Assembly (NCBI RefSeq): GCF_000150275.1
Contig: NW_002060954.1
Coordinates: forward strand, 1,612,001-1,676,000
Source of the DNA: Trichoplax adhaerens
Lineage: Eukaryota > Animalia > Placozoa
DNA length: 64,000 nt
Reading direction: 5' to 3'
Shown here: positions 46,501 to 60,722 of the stretch, one piece after another
How positions within the stretch are numbered: the stretch's first letter is position 1
Layout: the number at the start of each line of letters is the position of its first letter
Translations under genes and position numbers: made by a program
The notes under the pieces: generated by a model
What the model saw: only the letters and a program-made list of their open reading frames with translations
Told to the model about the DNA's origin: nothing
The model's database searches: none

Positions 46501-48118
46501 TCTCATGATAGTACTGAAATATTAGCTGGGTACTTTGTGAATGGATATAAATTAGAAACTGCAGTTTATCTCTGCGCATCATCAGAAATACTTATGGCCT
46601 TTATATCTTTATTTTTTTCAAATCTAATATTAGCTCTAATTGTGGTTATCTTTATATTTTCGATATGAACGAACATCAACGAACACTAGAGGTTTATAAT
46701 TCTTAATTTAATCGCATTAATGAAGTATCTTCTTTATAGTTAGTATATCCCTAATTTTTGTAGATTCAAAGTCATGAGGACGATGTAAATGCAGTAAAAT
46801 TTGCAGATGCGTCCTCTCAAATATTCTTCTCTGGTGGAGATGATGCAATTGTCAAGGTACGGCTTACTTTGCGTTCGTACAGCAGTTTAGTTTTTCTAGC
46901 TAAATCACTGGCTCAATACAAGTAATTGCTATCGAACGGTATAATACGTTATTAGGTTTGGGATAGACGCACTTTAAGTGAATCCAATCCAGTTCCCGTT
47001 GGCGCTTTCGGGGGACATACCGATGGTATAACTTACATCGATTCGAAGGTAAATAATTATTCCACATTTCATAACTGATGATCTCATTACTGTATTGCGT
47101 TTAGAACTTTTATTTCGTGCTTAAACTAAAAAGTGTAACAAATACATTAAGTTCTAATTATTATTGGACAACCGAAATAATCTTATTCTAGAACGATGGA
47201 AGATATTTAATAAGTAATAGCAAGGATCAGTGCATAAAACTTTGGGATATGAGATATTTTTCTGGTCGTGAAGGTGTTGAGGTATGAATGCAAATGTGCT
47301 TGCTATTCATAAAATGCAATACACTCGAGGGTTATAGTGTTATAAATATTGCTTGGCACATAATTCAGGAATCGCGACGAGCCGCTGCGCGTCAAGGCTG
47401 GGACTATCGGTGGCAAAGCGCCCCACGCAGACGTAAAAATTCAATTTCAGTTTTAACAATTATCTTAATTTGATGGTTGAACAAAATGCTATTCATATAT
47501 AGGACGAAAAAGAAAGCATAAACATGATGCCTCACTCATGACCTACCAAGGACATGGCGTAGCTAATACCTTAATCCGCAGCTTTTTTTCACCTATGCAT
47601 TCGACAGGACAAGTTTGTACAGCTACAGTGATAACGATTTATTTTATAACGTAATCGATAATTCTTGTTTCCATTATCAGGCATATATATATACTGGTAG
47701 CTGCACAGGATCTGTTGTAGGTGGGTAGGAGACATATTTATTTTTCTGAAGTTTTTGCTATGGATAGTACTGGAATAAAATTTTAATAAGGGATTTCTTT
47801 AACCCCAGTTTATGATGTTCTTACTGGTGAAATTCTCGAAAATATTGACGGACATATATCCTTTCAAAAAATGCTTCGTTGATTTTCCTTCAATTTTACG
47901 GATAATTTTCAAATTTAATTTTTTAAAATTGACCTTTACTTATCGTACAGTGGTTGTGTGCGAGATGTTTCGTGGCATCCGTTTGATAATAAAATTATTA
48001 CTTCATCTGTAAGTTATTTGTTTTACGTTCGCATAATAGCTAGAAATATTCTAACTTAGCTTGTTATTATTGATAGTGGGATTGTACGCTCGGATGTTGC
48101 GAATATCAGGGAGCGTGA
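43567..48118 (+). CDS. DCAF11: DDB1- and CUL4-associated factor 11 (WDR23), WD40 protein, multi-exon
   Basis: LIRSGQVQLV; YLPN...KAFCGQFS..GEIFMSACQD; ARDVGWSIID; HEDDVNAVKFADASSQIFFSGGDD; VWDRRTL; GHTDGITYIDSKNDGRYLISNSKDQCIKLWDMR; WDYRWQ; LMTYQGHGV..TLIR; CVRDVSWHP; SSWDCT...GA* (TGA 48116-48118). Confidence 0.95.
47856..47948 (+). other. U12-type (minor spliceosome) AT-AC intron in DCAF11
   Basis: 5' end ATATCCTTT, branch-like ACCTTTAC ending about 9 nt before the 3' end, terminal AC. Excision gives in-frame IDGH|SGCVRDVSWHP. Confidence 0.85.
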
Positions 48119-49902
48119 AGAACTGCTATGTCTAAGGATCTTATTGGCTCGATATGAAAATAATAAAGCGAGATGCTTTAGGAATTAGCAAATCTTAGTT
48201 TATAGAATATTCTAATTTTCGTTATATCTAGTGCAATAAGAATATAAAGAATACAATTGCATAAGATAATTAAATTTTACTTGTACACGTAAATTTTCAT
48301 ATCATTTCAGAATTTATCGCTGGCTATAGATTTATCAACACCTTGTACTGTATAGGTATGTAGATGAAGATGGCACAATACAACTGCTCTACATGAACCA
48401 TTAAGATCGTAACCTTTAAATATTAGCTGATTACATTATATTGTATTTGTACTACCAAAATAAGCAATTTGTCTACACTTCTATTTTCGTAAGATAGAAT
48501 CTATACATTGACCTGTTTGTATTGTATAAATTCTTGCGGTACTGTTATCAATATAAATATTTGATTCTTGATGCACTGCAAATAATATGTCTTATTGTAA
48601 CCGTTTTCAGCTGGTTGAGACTGTATCTATCATCAATTAGGTTTTTAGTTGTAACTGTGTTGTGTATTATTTATCAGATTCTTTACATCATATGATAGAA
48701 GCACAACATAATTACTGTATAAATGTATTCTTATATATATATTGATATAGTGCTACCGCCAGATACGTGGACTGCTTTATTTAGATTTAGCAGTATAGCA
48801 GAGATACTGTGATAGCAAATTACTCACAAACGCATAAGTCTAACTAGATATTAGTATTGTATCTTATCCGTATATTGTACTTAGTTTGAATAAATGGTAT
48901 AATTTCCAACTTTGATTGATTAATTTGAATAAAAATTCAGACATATGTTTGCATTTGCTATAATATAAGAATTAGCATAAAATAAAGATAACAATCGGCG
49001 TCTTGCAAATTTCAAGAATCCTGCCTACATCTGATGTTAATTTTATTATAGTTGGGCTTGCAGTATTATAGTATGGTCTAGTTGCTTATAAATATCAAAA
49101 TTATGGATCAAAAGGTTTATAAGAGAGCATATGATATGGCATTAATCCAAAATTGGTCAATTACAGGCAGTGAGATTCTAAGCCGTGTGTACTAAGAAAC
49201 ATTAAATAGTCCTAAGTACCGTACAGCTATATATTCGCTTTGGTAAATGTAAGATTTAGCCTGTCTATATGTGTATATGATATATATGTTATGTTATATA
49301 TACACGTAGTGTTGTGTTTAATCTGTCTCTACATATATGCATATAGATTTATGTTTAGTCTGTCTATATATTTATATGAAATGTACATTTTATATTAAGT
49401 GATGTTCTAGATCTTAATTTGGTCTACCTAGTATCTGTTTACCGTAGTTATTATATACTGTAAGGGTTGGAACCAGCAATGCTTTTTGGGTAACTACAGA
49501 ATGTATTTAAGGAGCATAACAAAGTTAATAAATTAGTCTGATTAACTAACTCTATCTATGAGTCTTATCACTGCGGTATACAACAGTAAAACTGAAATAG
49601 ATCTCAGTTGTAGAAAACAAACCTGCGCTAAATTTTATATATATATATTCATAGGTATTTCGCTTGCATATGTTATAATTTTTAATCGAATTGCAATAGC
49701 AACTATAGATTTCAAGTTAAATATCTGAGAAACGGGCAGTTTAACAGATAATTACATCCATTACAGTTTGCAGGTATATCTAATTTTAGCGATTAGCGAT
49801 TATCACCAAAACATCAGTGTCTATTGGAGTGCCTATTGCATATGACTAAAAGTGTTACACTGTGCAGACGATCGGATAGAAGGATCTTTGTCTATAAATA
49901 CT

Positions 49903-49916
49903 GTTGTTATGACAAC
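49903..49916 (+). promoter_or_regulatory. Candidate RFX X-box upstream of the C2orf81 homologue
   Basis: GTTGTTATGACAAC, near-palindromic match to RTHNYYWTRRNRAC, about 685 bp upstream of the ATG and just after TATAAATA (49893-49900). Confidence 0.5.
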
Positions 49917-50600
49917 CGCATCTACAGCGCAGTAAATCAAGAACTAGTCTTGAATTATGTTGTGTTATACTCTACTGTATGATACAGAACTTTGTCAAGC
50001 ATGGATTATACTAGCAGATGAAATAAATAACGTCTGGCACATTAGCCACGATCAAACTTGAGCTACAGAATATAGAACTTGATATATCATGTAGCAAATT
50101 ATTATGCGACGGTGAACAAATTTCATACTTAAAGGTACTGAAAGCATCAGCTTATAACCTGGTTTCTACTAATACGGTATCTTTAGAAATTGGAGTATGT
50201 GGATGAAATTAGTTTAAACTAATAAAATATCTTACGCGAAGTGTACTTAAAACTGCTGGAAATATTTCAAGCGTAGCAACCTACTAAGAAAGTAAAGTAC
50301 TGCATATAGAAAGCGATGCATTTTACTGTAAGAAAGTTTTTATTTTGAAATCCAATTGCAGAGAATCTACAGTACTGGAGTCTTTAAACTAATTAAGTAA
50401 TAGCACGGTACATTAATTGTTTTATTATCGTACACTAAACACCAGTAGTCACTAATTGAATTTTTTACCACTTACAAGTGCCTTCAAAAGTTTTTAAAAC
50501 TTAATTTTGAGTCATCTTGGATTCTATCCAAGTATAAGAAATATCACCATCATTAATATCATCGATTACAGTAAATAAGCAAGTATAAATCAGTAGGACG

Positions 50601-53212
50601 ATGAGCAAACGATCGGATAAGCAATCTAAAACACCAACCGTAGCACAAAGTGCTGCACAACCAGCAAATGATATCATCCACGGCAGATTTACTGAAGTCG
50701 ATTGGTAAGTAATCAGATAACTTTAAATAAGTTTGCTTGAATAAAATAATCTGTGTCTGAGCCTATGATGAAAATACAGTATAATTATAGTAAATGTACT
50801 ATACTCGTGCATTATAATCAGTTCATAAGTATAACAACATTTCAAAATGGATAATATTGATCGCATTGCGCCGCATGGAGGCTAATCTTAAATTTATTTA
50901 CCTTTTACAGGAATAATCTCATAGAACTAGAGTCAGGCACAGAATTCGCCTTAGATATTGTAGATGAAATAATTGATGGCGCTTTAAGTATAATTTATGA
51001 AAATTACTTACAAAAACAAGTAGTACCTTACGTTATGGACAATGTTAAAGCCGAAATTATGGATGTAGTCCAGGTAAGACAGTCTCTACAGATTTACGTT
51101 ATTTTAAGGAAATTAACTTAAAGTGTAAGTTAACGAACTTTTTGGGCTATTGCTATATAGTGTCAGTTTTTAGCGCGAGATGATGGAGAAGACAGGCCTG
51201 AATTTGATCGGAGTTGGTTGGAAGATGAAGGTAACTTAAATAAGTCTAAATTTAACATACAAGTACAATAACAAGAAGAAAGTACAGTGAATGTGTACTT
51301 AAATTATCTGCATAAAAATATCAATACAAAATAAGATGGTACCTTCCTTAGCTAATTTTTCAATGTAAATTTCTTTTACGAATAGAACCTCTTGCTAGTA
51401 CCGTAGATTCGTGGGCTCAGGGCTCAGTACCTTCGAAACAACCAATTATCGAAAGTCCTATACCAACGGAAGTTGGAACAAGTGCAACTGAAGTTACGGA
51501 TACTGAGAGGTTTGCTGTGAGCCTGTAATAACTGAACTCGATCAGTCTCTCGTTAGCTCAGTACAAGTATATCTTTTACTGTATAGTATCGAAGTGTTGT
51601 CTACGGTTACACCACATGAAGAAGTGGAAAGTGTAGTTGTTAAGGAAGATATTGAAGTAAAAAAGATTAAAGTAAAACCTGAAAAAGTAAGAAATTACAA
51701 TATTACGTTACAGAGTAAACTAATAAATCTTTCTATTAATTGATTAATTTTGACTTTGACAATTTGATTTTAAGCCAAAAGAGAAAAAAAAGTTAAAAGT
51801 TAGACGATATCGTGGCAAAGTGCCTACTTGGAAGACTATAGAACCAAAACCTGGCGTCGATCTTCTAGAAGGCGACGACGATAGTGACATTAACACTAAA
51901 CGAAGCGGCACATTTGAGCCAAGACCAGCAATTTTAAAGGTTTGCCGTTTAAAGGCGCATTCGAAATACACGTAGAGTAGATAATTTGAACAACTGCTGC
52001 TATACATTGCTCTTAAATTTAGTATCAGTTCTGATTGATTTCTTAATTTTTCTAAAGTTATTGGTAATGTAATGTTATAGCATGTTGATTGCATTTACTC
52101 CAGAAAGAAAATATTAGCGACATTTCATATCCATTAATATCCAACATCTTCACGATTAATAGGTACAACAAGGCCGGCCGCCTGGTATGAAGGACGTGAC
52201 TTACGATGAAAAAGGGAATGTAATCCATGTTGTTAAATTAACTGTTGATACTTTGCCTACTCATAGGTAAGTCATCGTCATATTAAATATTCTGGATAAT
52301 TCTACTTTTCGGCATTAGCCAATTACCTCATCGTTATTCAAGTAATACTGACATTATCACACAATTCTACTTTCGGCATTAGTCAATTGCTTCATCGTTA
52401 TTCAAGTAATGCTGGCATTATATCACTTTATAACCTTTATTTCGTGTTAATTATACTTCAGAATTGGACCAAAATATAAGATTATCGATCCAAGCCATGA
52501 AATTGAAGCAGCGGCTCGTATGAAAGCATTAAGAATGGGAAAAGTTGGTAATGTAAGAAAAGAGGCTCATCAAATCAAGCAGTTAGCACGCACTGGAGCT
52601 GTCACTTCTAAATTAGCTGTCGATAGCATCGTTCATGCGAGAGTCGCTAAAGAAAAAGCACTAGAACTTGAAAAAGACAGGGAACGTACTTCTTCACCGA
52701 TAGATCCGGATAAATTAGCCTTACAGTCTTCGGAAAAAATGCAAAATATAACAGCTCTGCCATTATCACTGGTTAGTACTGTACTGCACTAACAGTTCTC
52801 GCACAATACTTTAAGAGCCAATTCTTAATTTGTATTTGCTATTGCCGCAGGTCGATACTATGGAACTATCACCAGGAGTAGTAATAAAAGATGGAGATCG
52901 TATTAAAAGAGGACTTCGGCAGGTAAAATTTCAGTATAGCATTAGTAAGATATTAAGTAAATGAGCAACGATCTATTGTAATAGGAACATAATATTTAAA
53001 AGTTGTTATGCAGCAGTAACAGTTTCTGATTGTTTCTTTCATATTAGACTCATCGTAAAACAAATATGTCAGCTACCTCGCAGCATTCTATCAAGAACAA
53101 GGTGGATTTTAAGAATGATTATATTATCAGAACAACACCAGTGATTAAGCCGTTAAGCTCAACGCCACCGTTAACCCCGATTAATGCTACATCAACTTAT
53201 CAAGATAACTGA
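50601..53212 (+). CDS. C2orf81-like uncharacterised protein, multi-exon
   Basis: Spliced N-terminus DIIHGRFTEVDW...ENYLQKQVVPY...QFLARDDGE...WLEDEEPLASTVDSWAQGSVP matches the conserved C2orf81 block (FLARDEGE...EDEEP...DSWAQGSVP). Later GRPPGMKDVTYDEKGNV and MELSPGVVIKDG; TGA 53210-53212. Confidence 0.85.
52298..52426 (+). repeat. Intronic tandem duplication, 2 x ~65 bp
   Basis: AATTCTACTTT(T)CGGCATTAGYCAATT...CATCGTTATTCAAGTAAT...CATTAT starts at 52298 and again at 52363. Confidence 0.9.
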
Positions 53213-54817
53213 TAAATATCGCACAAAGTTGTTAATGTTCTTAACTAAGATTATCTACTGTGAATCATTTGTATACAAAATACATTGACATTCTCGACGG
53301 TAATCTTTCCAACAAATCATGTATGAAATTAAATTAAAATCTTTTTGCTATAACTCAATTTCGACTGGCAATTGCAATGGAAAGAGAGATTTCAGTATGA
53401 AATTGAAACGTTACATGTTGCATTGTACCAACCAATTTAAATTATAAAATGTGAATGTACATTCAAATTAATAAGTCAATCTATAACCTCTATTTCTTAC
53501 TTAGATTGATTAAATTAATGTCATAAAATGTTTAACTCATTATGTATAACCTGAGTAATTTGAAATAAATGATAACCATATTTATTCGGGCTACTATTAT
53601 CCGTAGGCAAGTCTGAATAATGCAGCGTGAAAATTTCTTTTTTAATTTCTAAGTACGACAACTGCTGCAGCGATAAATACTATGCCAGATTGCAAGTATA
53701 ATATCAATAATTTTCAATCTGTATCGAGTTTGAGTTAAAATTTAACAGCAAATTGTGAAAGATATTTCATTTCTGGATAGTCTACAGTATAAAAATATTT
53801 TGATTTACAAGATGTTCTCGTAAATATATGAAAAATAGGAAGAGCAATACCGGATTTGTTAGGGGTAACTGCCATATGGGTATTTATTCTAATCAAGCCT
53901 TATTTAACATGGCGTAACAGATTATATATATTATGAGCGTTAAAATACTTTATACTACAACTGATTATGAAGATAAATGACTACAAGATGCCAGATGATA
54001 ATCTTAAAATTTTAAATCACTACAGTTATTCATATACAAGTAACAGATACAAGCTAAACTATAATCTCTGTAATAAATCAATCAAGATTTAAAATTTTAA
54101 GTTAAGGATTTATTGGCTAATTAAAAGAGATAGTCGTATTTCATTAATCAATAGATTTTGTAGCATTAGCATTTAAATAGCTTATTTGATCGTATAAAAT
54201 CGAAGATCATTTTTACAAGATTTTTACAGTTTAAGCGACTCATCAAGAGAAGAATATCTTAATTTGTGTGTGAGCGCTAAATCGGCTAGATTATATACCA
54301 TACTTAATATCTAGTTATTCTCTTCAAGCCATTAAAATATTCTGTAACATGATATCGGTAAATAAAATATCTCTTAAAATTTTATAGGAATATGAAGACA
54401 AACGAATAATCCCGTATCATGTATAGTTAACGAAAATAAACCATCTTTAGAGTAAACTATTGATACTTTAAAATATGAGCAATGATATCGAATACTAGCT
54501 TAAAAGAACATGGTATTGGTAACATAACTTTCGTTAAAAAGGAAATTAATATACTTATTGAATGATAGCTTTACGAATATACACAGTGAAATAGGGCCTT
54601 CTCGAAAATGTTAGACCACAAGATACAAATAGGAATTACATTTTGGTGAGAGATTGTAGAAAAAAAATGTATCTAAGAGTTGTTCTAAATTATTTTAAAA
54701 TCAGAAAGGCCCTCCACAGCTTAGACGGCTATTTTACTTTTTTAACATCCAGGTCTGGATATAAATAGAAGTATTAAATTAATTATAGTTATGTTAATGA
54801 CTTAATAACAATTTCTA

Positions 54818-57229
54818 TTAATCTTCCTTGATATAAACTTTTGGTCTTGAAAAAATCTTGATAGCTTCATCAATTTCGGCTAGTTTACGTTCGACTTGAG
54901 TCTTTCGGTTCATAGCTGTATATGAATCGCACCGTAACGGCATCTTTGCTAATTTCATAGCTAACTCTCTTTGATCTAGTGCAGGGAATACATTTAATAG
55001 TTAAAATTCAAATTAGAATTGAAGTTTAATTTATTTTAGAAAACTGTATATACTTTCAAATAGGGCTGCGAGTGTTTCCCTTCTTTCTGCATCAGGCATT
55101 AATGTATGACCGGGTGGCATATTAGGGTCCGGTATTGAGGCCAACCGCCTTTCTTCGTCTCGCCTCCACTGCTCTTGACGCTTTGTTAGACTAAAATGAA
55201 TGTAGAAATTAAAGAATTAGAAATTAATTTATACTATGAAAACGATTAATTTTAAATTTTCTGTAACAGCAAATAAACTAACTATTTCGGTATTTTTCCT
55301 TTAGGATGACTTTTTTCATCTTGATTTTTCTTATCTAAATGTTCTTTGACGGACTCTGTAGAGGGAGATTTTCGCACCTTGGTATTGATTGCTTCACGAA
55401 CGTTACGATTTAAGTAGTTTATATCTTTTCGCACTTGTTGAAACTATAGCAAAATCAAATATCAAAGTATCAGCATTAGAAACGTCAAGATTTTCGATAT
55501 GAACTGAATTCTACACAGAGGATAGTATACCTGTTTATTACATTCTTTAGCCTTTGGAACTGATAATTTAGTTGCATTAACTACTAATGGGCCTATTGTA
55601 CTTTGTGAACGATTTTCTTTCAAATGTGAAGGGATTCCTTTGCCTGAGTGAGAGCGTAAAAATGTTGCCGAAGTAGACCTTGGAGCTGGTGGAGGATCCT
55701 ACAATATTGTATTTTTATTGAGTGCAAATGTTCGCTGTTAAATGCTGCTTTTAAACTATAATCGTTAGGCATTTATCAATGTAATACTATTTCAGAACTA
55801 TCATATCCATATGGTGTAGAATTAAGATTATCGATCTTCTGAATAAATAAAAGTCTTAAGCGTAAATCGGTGTAATAGTATTAATGATCGAGTATGGCTA
55901 GATCAATAATTTTAAATACTTCCATTATTCGTATATGTTTATAAAACCAACAACTAAATATTTAAGATTTTGAATTAAAATTGTACTGTATTCTACCTGA
56001 ATAATTTTAGCAACTTTTGAAGTCGCAGTAGCAACAAATCGTTCCATTTTATACATGGGTTTAGTAGGTCGATTTTCTTCGTTTTGTTTTCTTTCCTGAT
56101 TTGTCTTTTGTGTTTGTTTTATTCGACGCATGTTCTCCAACATAAAGTTTTTTGTCGTTTTACCTAGAATGCAATCGGATGAGAATTATGCTGATAGTTG
56201 TATCGTAATAGAAATCGACCAATTATCGAATATGAATATACGCAAACTTCTGAGTTTAAATTTTTACAGATTCTTTTTTCTTGAAAATATTTGCGTACAT
56301 TTGTGATTGAAATTATCAAGATTCATTTGGATTTGAAATTATTGCAAGATTATTAACGTATGAATTTGTCATTGGTAACTGTATAATAATGTTGATAACT
56401 CAAGACTAATATTTACCTTCTGGATAATTTAACGTTACAAACTACTGGTACTAATTTTAGTTATTACCATCATGGTGATACTCAGTAGACTTTTTTCGTT
56501 ACATACACGTATGTATTAGAATTTTATTTAATTTAATTGCTAATGAAAGTTTTAATGAAGTGCTTTTGATTTCCATCGTACAAAAACAATCTTGTTGAAA
56601 ATTGAAAGTAGTGATATTCCCTTGATAACTCTACATATAATAATAAATAGACTATTTTTTTAAATTGCTACCACCTACGTGAGATTTTTAAATGAGTTAT
56701 AATGCATGGACAGCCTTGTTAGAGTCTGATAGTATAAGATACTTTAGATGTGTGACAAAAATATCATGGACTTTTTAGTAAGTAGATTTTATAGGCTACC
56801 TGTCATAACTTGTAGTAATGTAATACTTGGTAATACTTTAAATTAATGCTATTACGGTACATGCTTAGTTTAATATCTGAACAGATAATCACATATATGG
56901 GCTACTGAAATTTTATCCTTCTAATTGGACGAGCAATTGCTACAACAGTAAATACTATAATATGGATTACGAAATTACAAGCAATTTAATTGTCCATGAC
57001 TATCGTATTCTTTCTAACAGTCTAAAAATTTGAGGAATATCTTACCTTTACCAGGCACATATGGAGTATCAGAAAATAAAACTCCCACCGTGCCTGTGTG
57101 AGAATGAGCGATTCGTACAGCATCACCACGTAATCGTGGATTAGGACCTGCGGATAAAGGTCGTGATGTTGGGCGAGCACTATCCGGATCAGGAGGAATA
57201 GTCCAACGAGGTTCTCTCGATGTAGCCAT
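54818..57229 (-). CDS. ENKD1: Enkurin domain-containing protein 1, multi-exon
   Basis: N-terminal IPPDP; KNFMLENMRRIKQTQK; enkurin domain KGKIPKYLTKRQEQWRR...PDPNMPPGHTLMPDAERRETL...ERKLAEIDEAIKIFSRPKVYIKED* (TAA 54820-54818). Confidence 0.9.
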
Positions 57230-58216
57230 CTTTATGCAATTGCGATATGGTAATGCCCAACTTTATTATGCTCCGCAATGATAGAATGATTCCAAAATAA
57301 TTTATCAGTTAATTACGATGCTCAAGCGTAAGTTAAACTCTGAATCCAATAATTCTATTGCACGTTTATTACATTTTACTTTGAATGATAATAAAAGGAA
57401 TACTTTTCTGGCGATTATTACTTGAATAGTTTCCAGTTAATACGAGTTGATGATAACTCGTAGCTGATGATTTGCTTCTGAGTAATGTAGTAGAATAACT
57501 GTACAGGCACAGAAAATAGACTTTAATCGACTACTAATAAACTCGTTAAAGTATAATGTCTAATACAGACTGACTAGTGATATCGCGATCACTGCTATCG
57601 CACTCTTATTTTACTATAACAGTATCGTATAATGTATACTACGATCGCCTAACTTATAGTTAATTTGTATACCTTACTTTGATTGTCCGAGTATCTATAC
57701 TGAAATAATATTTTCTAACAGCTGCTATTGCTACGAGCATAACGGTAATATTATGATACATTATTATCCCATAATAATAGCTATAATATTAACCTCGATT
57801 AATTAAGAAGAAAAAATTTAATGGAATAGAAATAAGAATTTAAATTTTTGCGTCTGCGTAAACCAAAACATTCTTTTGTTGGAAACCTGAATAAATTTAT
57901 GTCCAGTAATATTATGCACCTACAACGAACCATGCGCGGGATACTGTCATTTACTATTTTTGGAAAGCCGTATCAATTACTAGTAGAGTAACATTTCCCA
58001 GTGCGTGTATGTTCATTTACTATAGAATATGCATCCTCGATTAAAGTATGCAACACCTCCCGGAATGTAGTATTTCTTGCCTCTAGGAGAATACACAGTA
58101 CAGGAGATATGGTTCCATATGAATTAGCATAAAAGTTGATTATTATAGTGTAATAGGTTACAGGAGTCAGCGAGTTATAGCTTCTATACTTGAAAGGCTG
58201 ACATCAAAAATATTCG

Positions 58217-58230
58217 GTAACCATGGTGAC
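58217..58230. promoter_or_regulatory. Candidate RFX X-box upstream of ENKD1
   Basis: GTAACCATGGTGAC, near-palindromic X-box about 1 kb upstream of the ENKD1 ATG, next to a C11 run (58243-58253). Confidence 0.55.
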
Positions 58231-58689
58231 ATTACTGACATGCCCCCCCCCCCATTTATATCAACTATGAGCGCATATTAGGTTAGCTAGCATTCTACGA
58301 TGCAGCATACTAAAAAATTCATTTAAAAATACTTATAGATGCAATTCTAAATTTAAATAATTATCCATTTATTTGCCTACCTTTCGTATATTATTAAGGT
58401 ATCCTCTTCAAATTCTAATCCAACTTTAGTAAGACTCCTATACTGTATTTGTAGCATATAGTTATAGTATGTCAACTTTCTTAGACAGTTCGTCATAGAT
58501 GTTACCCATAAAATTGAGCGATAAGTAGTTTCTATTAATATTGATTATATGACTAAGTAGCTACCATAACACCTAATATGCGGTGAAGTAATTATGTACA
58601 GAGGAATTAGGATATACCGCACTCGAAGACTAAGTTTTATACGCTGTTTGATCAAATAGTTAATAATTACATTATCACTTCATTACAGA

Positions 58690-59000
58690 TCATAAAATTG
58701 GAATCTTTCTATTACTTTAATCTCGCTGATCTTCAAACTGTTTTACTATGCGAATCCTTACAGTTGATTGACAGGAATGATATCATGTTCTCCTATCGGC
58801 TTATATTAATACTTACAGTAACTAACATCAAATCATAAAACTGTAATTTACTCCTTCTAATGCTTTAATCTCGCAGATTTTGAACTTATTTTACTTTCAG
58901 TCCTATGTTTTCCTTTAAAAGCCCTTAACGTATCCTTTTACAATATATTTTACATTGCAGTCGATTGATAGGAATGATATGATGCTCACCTATCGGCTTG
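58690..59000 (+). repeat. Degenerate direct duplication (58690-58802 vs 58832-59000; second copy has an internal insertion)
   Basis: Shared blocks ATCATAAAA, CTTTAATCTCGC, CAGTYGATTGAYAGGAATGATAT and CCTATCGGCTT. Confidence 0.75.
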
Positions 59001-60282
59001 CAATAATTAGGATTGTTTAGACCAAGATGATCACTTAAATATAAAGCCTGATTTATTTCTATTTCATGCAAAGTTGATCACGTTAGGGGAACTAACCACA
59101 CAGTCTGCATCGGTTTCATTCGAAAGTATTACAACATGACAATTATTACATCTTTATATAATCACTGCTCATTTTAGTAATCCATCTTCATTTTCTATTT
59201 GGTAGCAACTGGCATTATCATTTTAGTAAATACTGTATTAAAGAGCTATATCTGAAAGGATATTATTAATATAGACATCACGCAATAATTCTCTATGATT
59301 TAACAAATAATTACCCGTATTAAGAGAATTGATAAAAGTATATTAATTTTAAATTAAGGTATTAAGCTATCGTGATATCATATTTTTAATAGCAACTTAC
59401 GGCCTACGGAAATAAATTATATAACAACAAGGAAGCATAAATTATAAGATTTCTCTTTAAATCCTTTATTTTACTGCTTTAGAGATTTAACATATCGTAG
59501 ATGGTATAATATTCAATAACTGTATGAGTTAAGATTCTTTCCATTCCTATAGTGAAGTTATACAGTAATATAGCATTTTATGAATTATAATTCATGCAGT
59601 TGAAGATCTGTCACAAAACAGCTTTGCAACAAGATAACGTAATCTACGATCAATAAGTCAATTCCTTGAACTACGTATCAAGGAACGATATCTGCACTAT
59701 CACGAGCACTTTTGCTCTACTAGCAGACTACACAAAGACTTAAACGCCTCGTATTTTACGTTAAACACTAAGTTGGACAATTCTTCTTTATTTCACGATA
59801 TACAGCATTTATATACTATTCCTCAATAGTTCATGAGTCATAGTTAATACAATTAACATTAGAATCATTTACTGAATTAGATATTAATTTTAGCTACTGC
59901 TCTCTTAATGCAGACAACAGTATTTACGAACATAGACATGTAATAACTAATACAGAATAGTCAGATTACGATATGTCCTATCACGGAACATTTCCATGAT
60001 AATTTACAGTCTATCATAAGTAAATTACAATCACAATGATTCGAACTGTAAGCAGATGATTTGCATTCCCTATTATAACTATTATAATTTCAGTATGTGT
60101 ATAAGTGTCACTGTCATAAAAAGTCAGTGCTATATTAAAATACAGTATATCCAAATTAGAAGTTAACTAAATAAGGATAGTCTAACAGAATTATCCTAAC
60201 ATAGTTATTTCTACTGTAATACAGTATTTAACACTGTAACAAGATCTTATAAATGACTATCAATGAGACGATACTTATTGTA

Positions 60283-60302
60283 ATATATATATATATATAT
60301 AT
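60283..60302. repeat. (AT)10 microsatellite
   Basis: Direct reading of the sequence. Confidence 0.85.
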
Positions 60303-60722
60303 GCATATTGTTAGATAAGATTAATTTTAGCCAATTAATTCAATAAGAAAGAGTGAGATAGGAGAAGAAAATGTGAAGAAACGAAACTGATTAGTATTTA
60401 GGATTTATATTTGCTTTCATGCATTCAAAATGGTTAATGCTAAACTAGCTCTTGAAGTGATTGATTTGAAACTTTTTAAGATTATCGCCAACATGATTTA
60501 AGTGGATTAATGCTAGCATCATTTCTAAATTAAGACTGTACCCATGGTATCTAATAATCTATAAACTGCTTAAACTATAATTGATACCTTAGATCCATTA
60601 CATTTTGGGCTATGGAAGCTCTACTTTTTGAGTACAGTGTAGACTTTTATAAGTAAAAGATTTTCCAACATCATATCAGAAAGTGCCATATGAAAGCAGT
60701 ATAATTTGCAGTGCCACTAAGA

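Noticed and set aside
59383-59400. TTTTAATAGCAACTTAC shared with the GPCR intron donor region near 62652-62668, suggesting a paralogous GPCR remnant
   Set aside because: Adjacent sequence does not translate to a matching exon; probably a chance AT-rich match.
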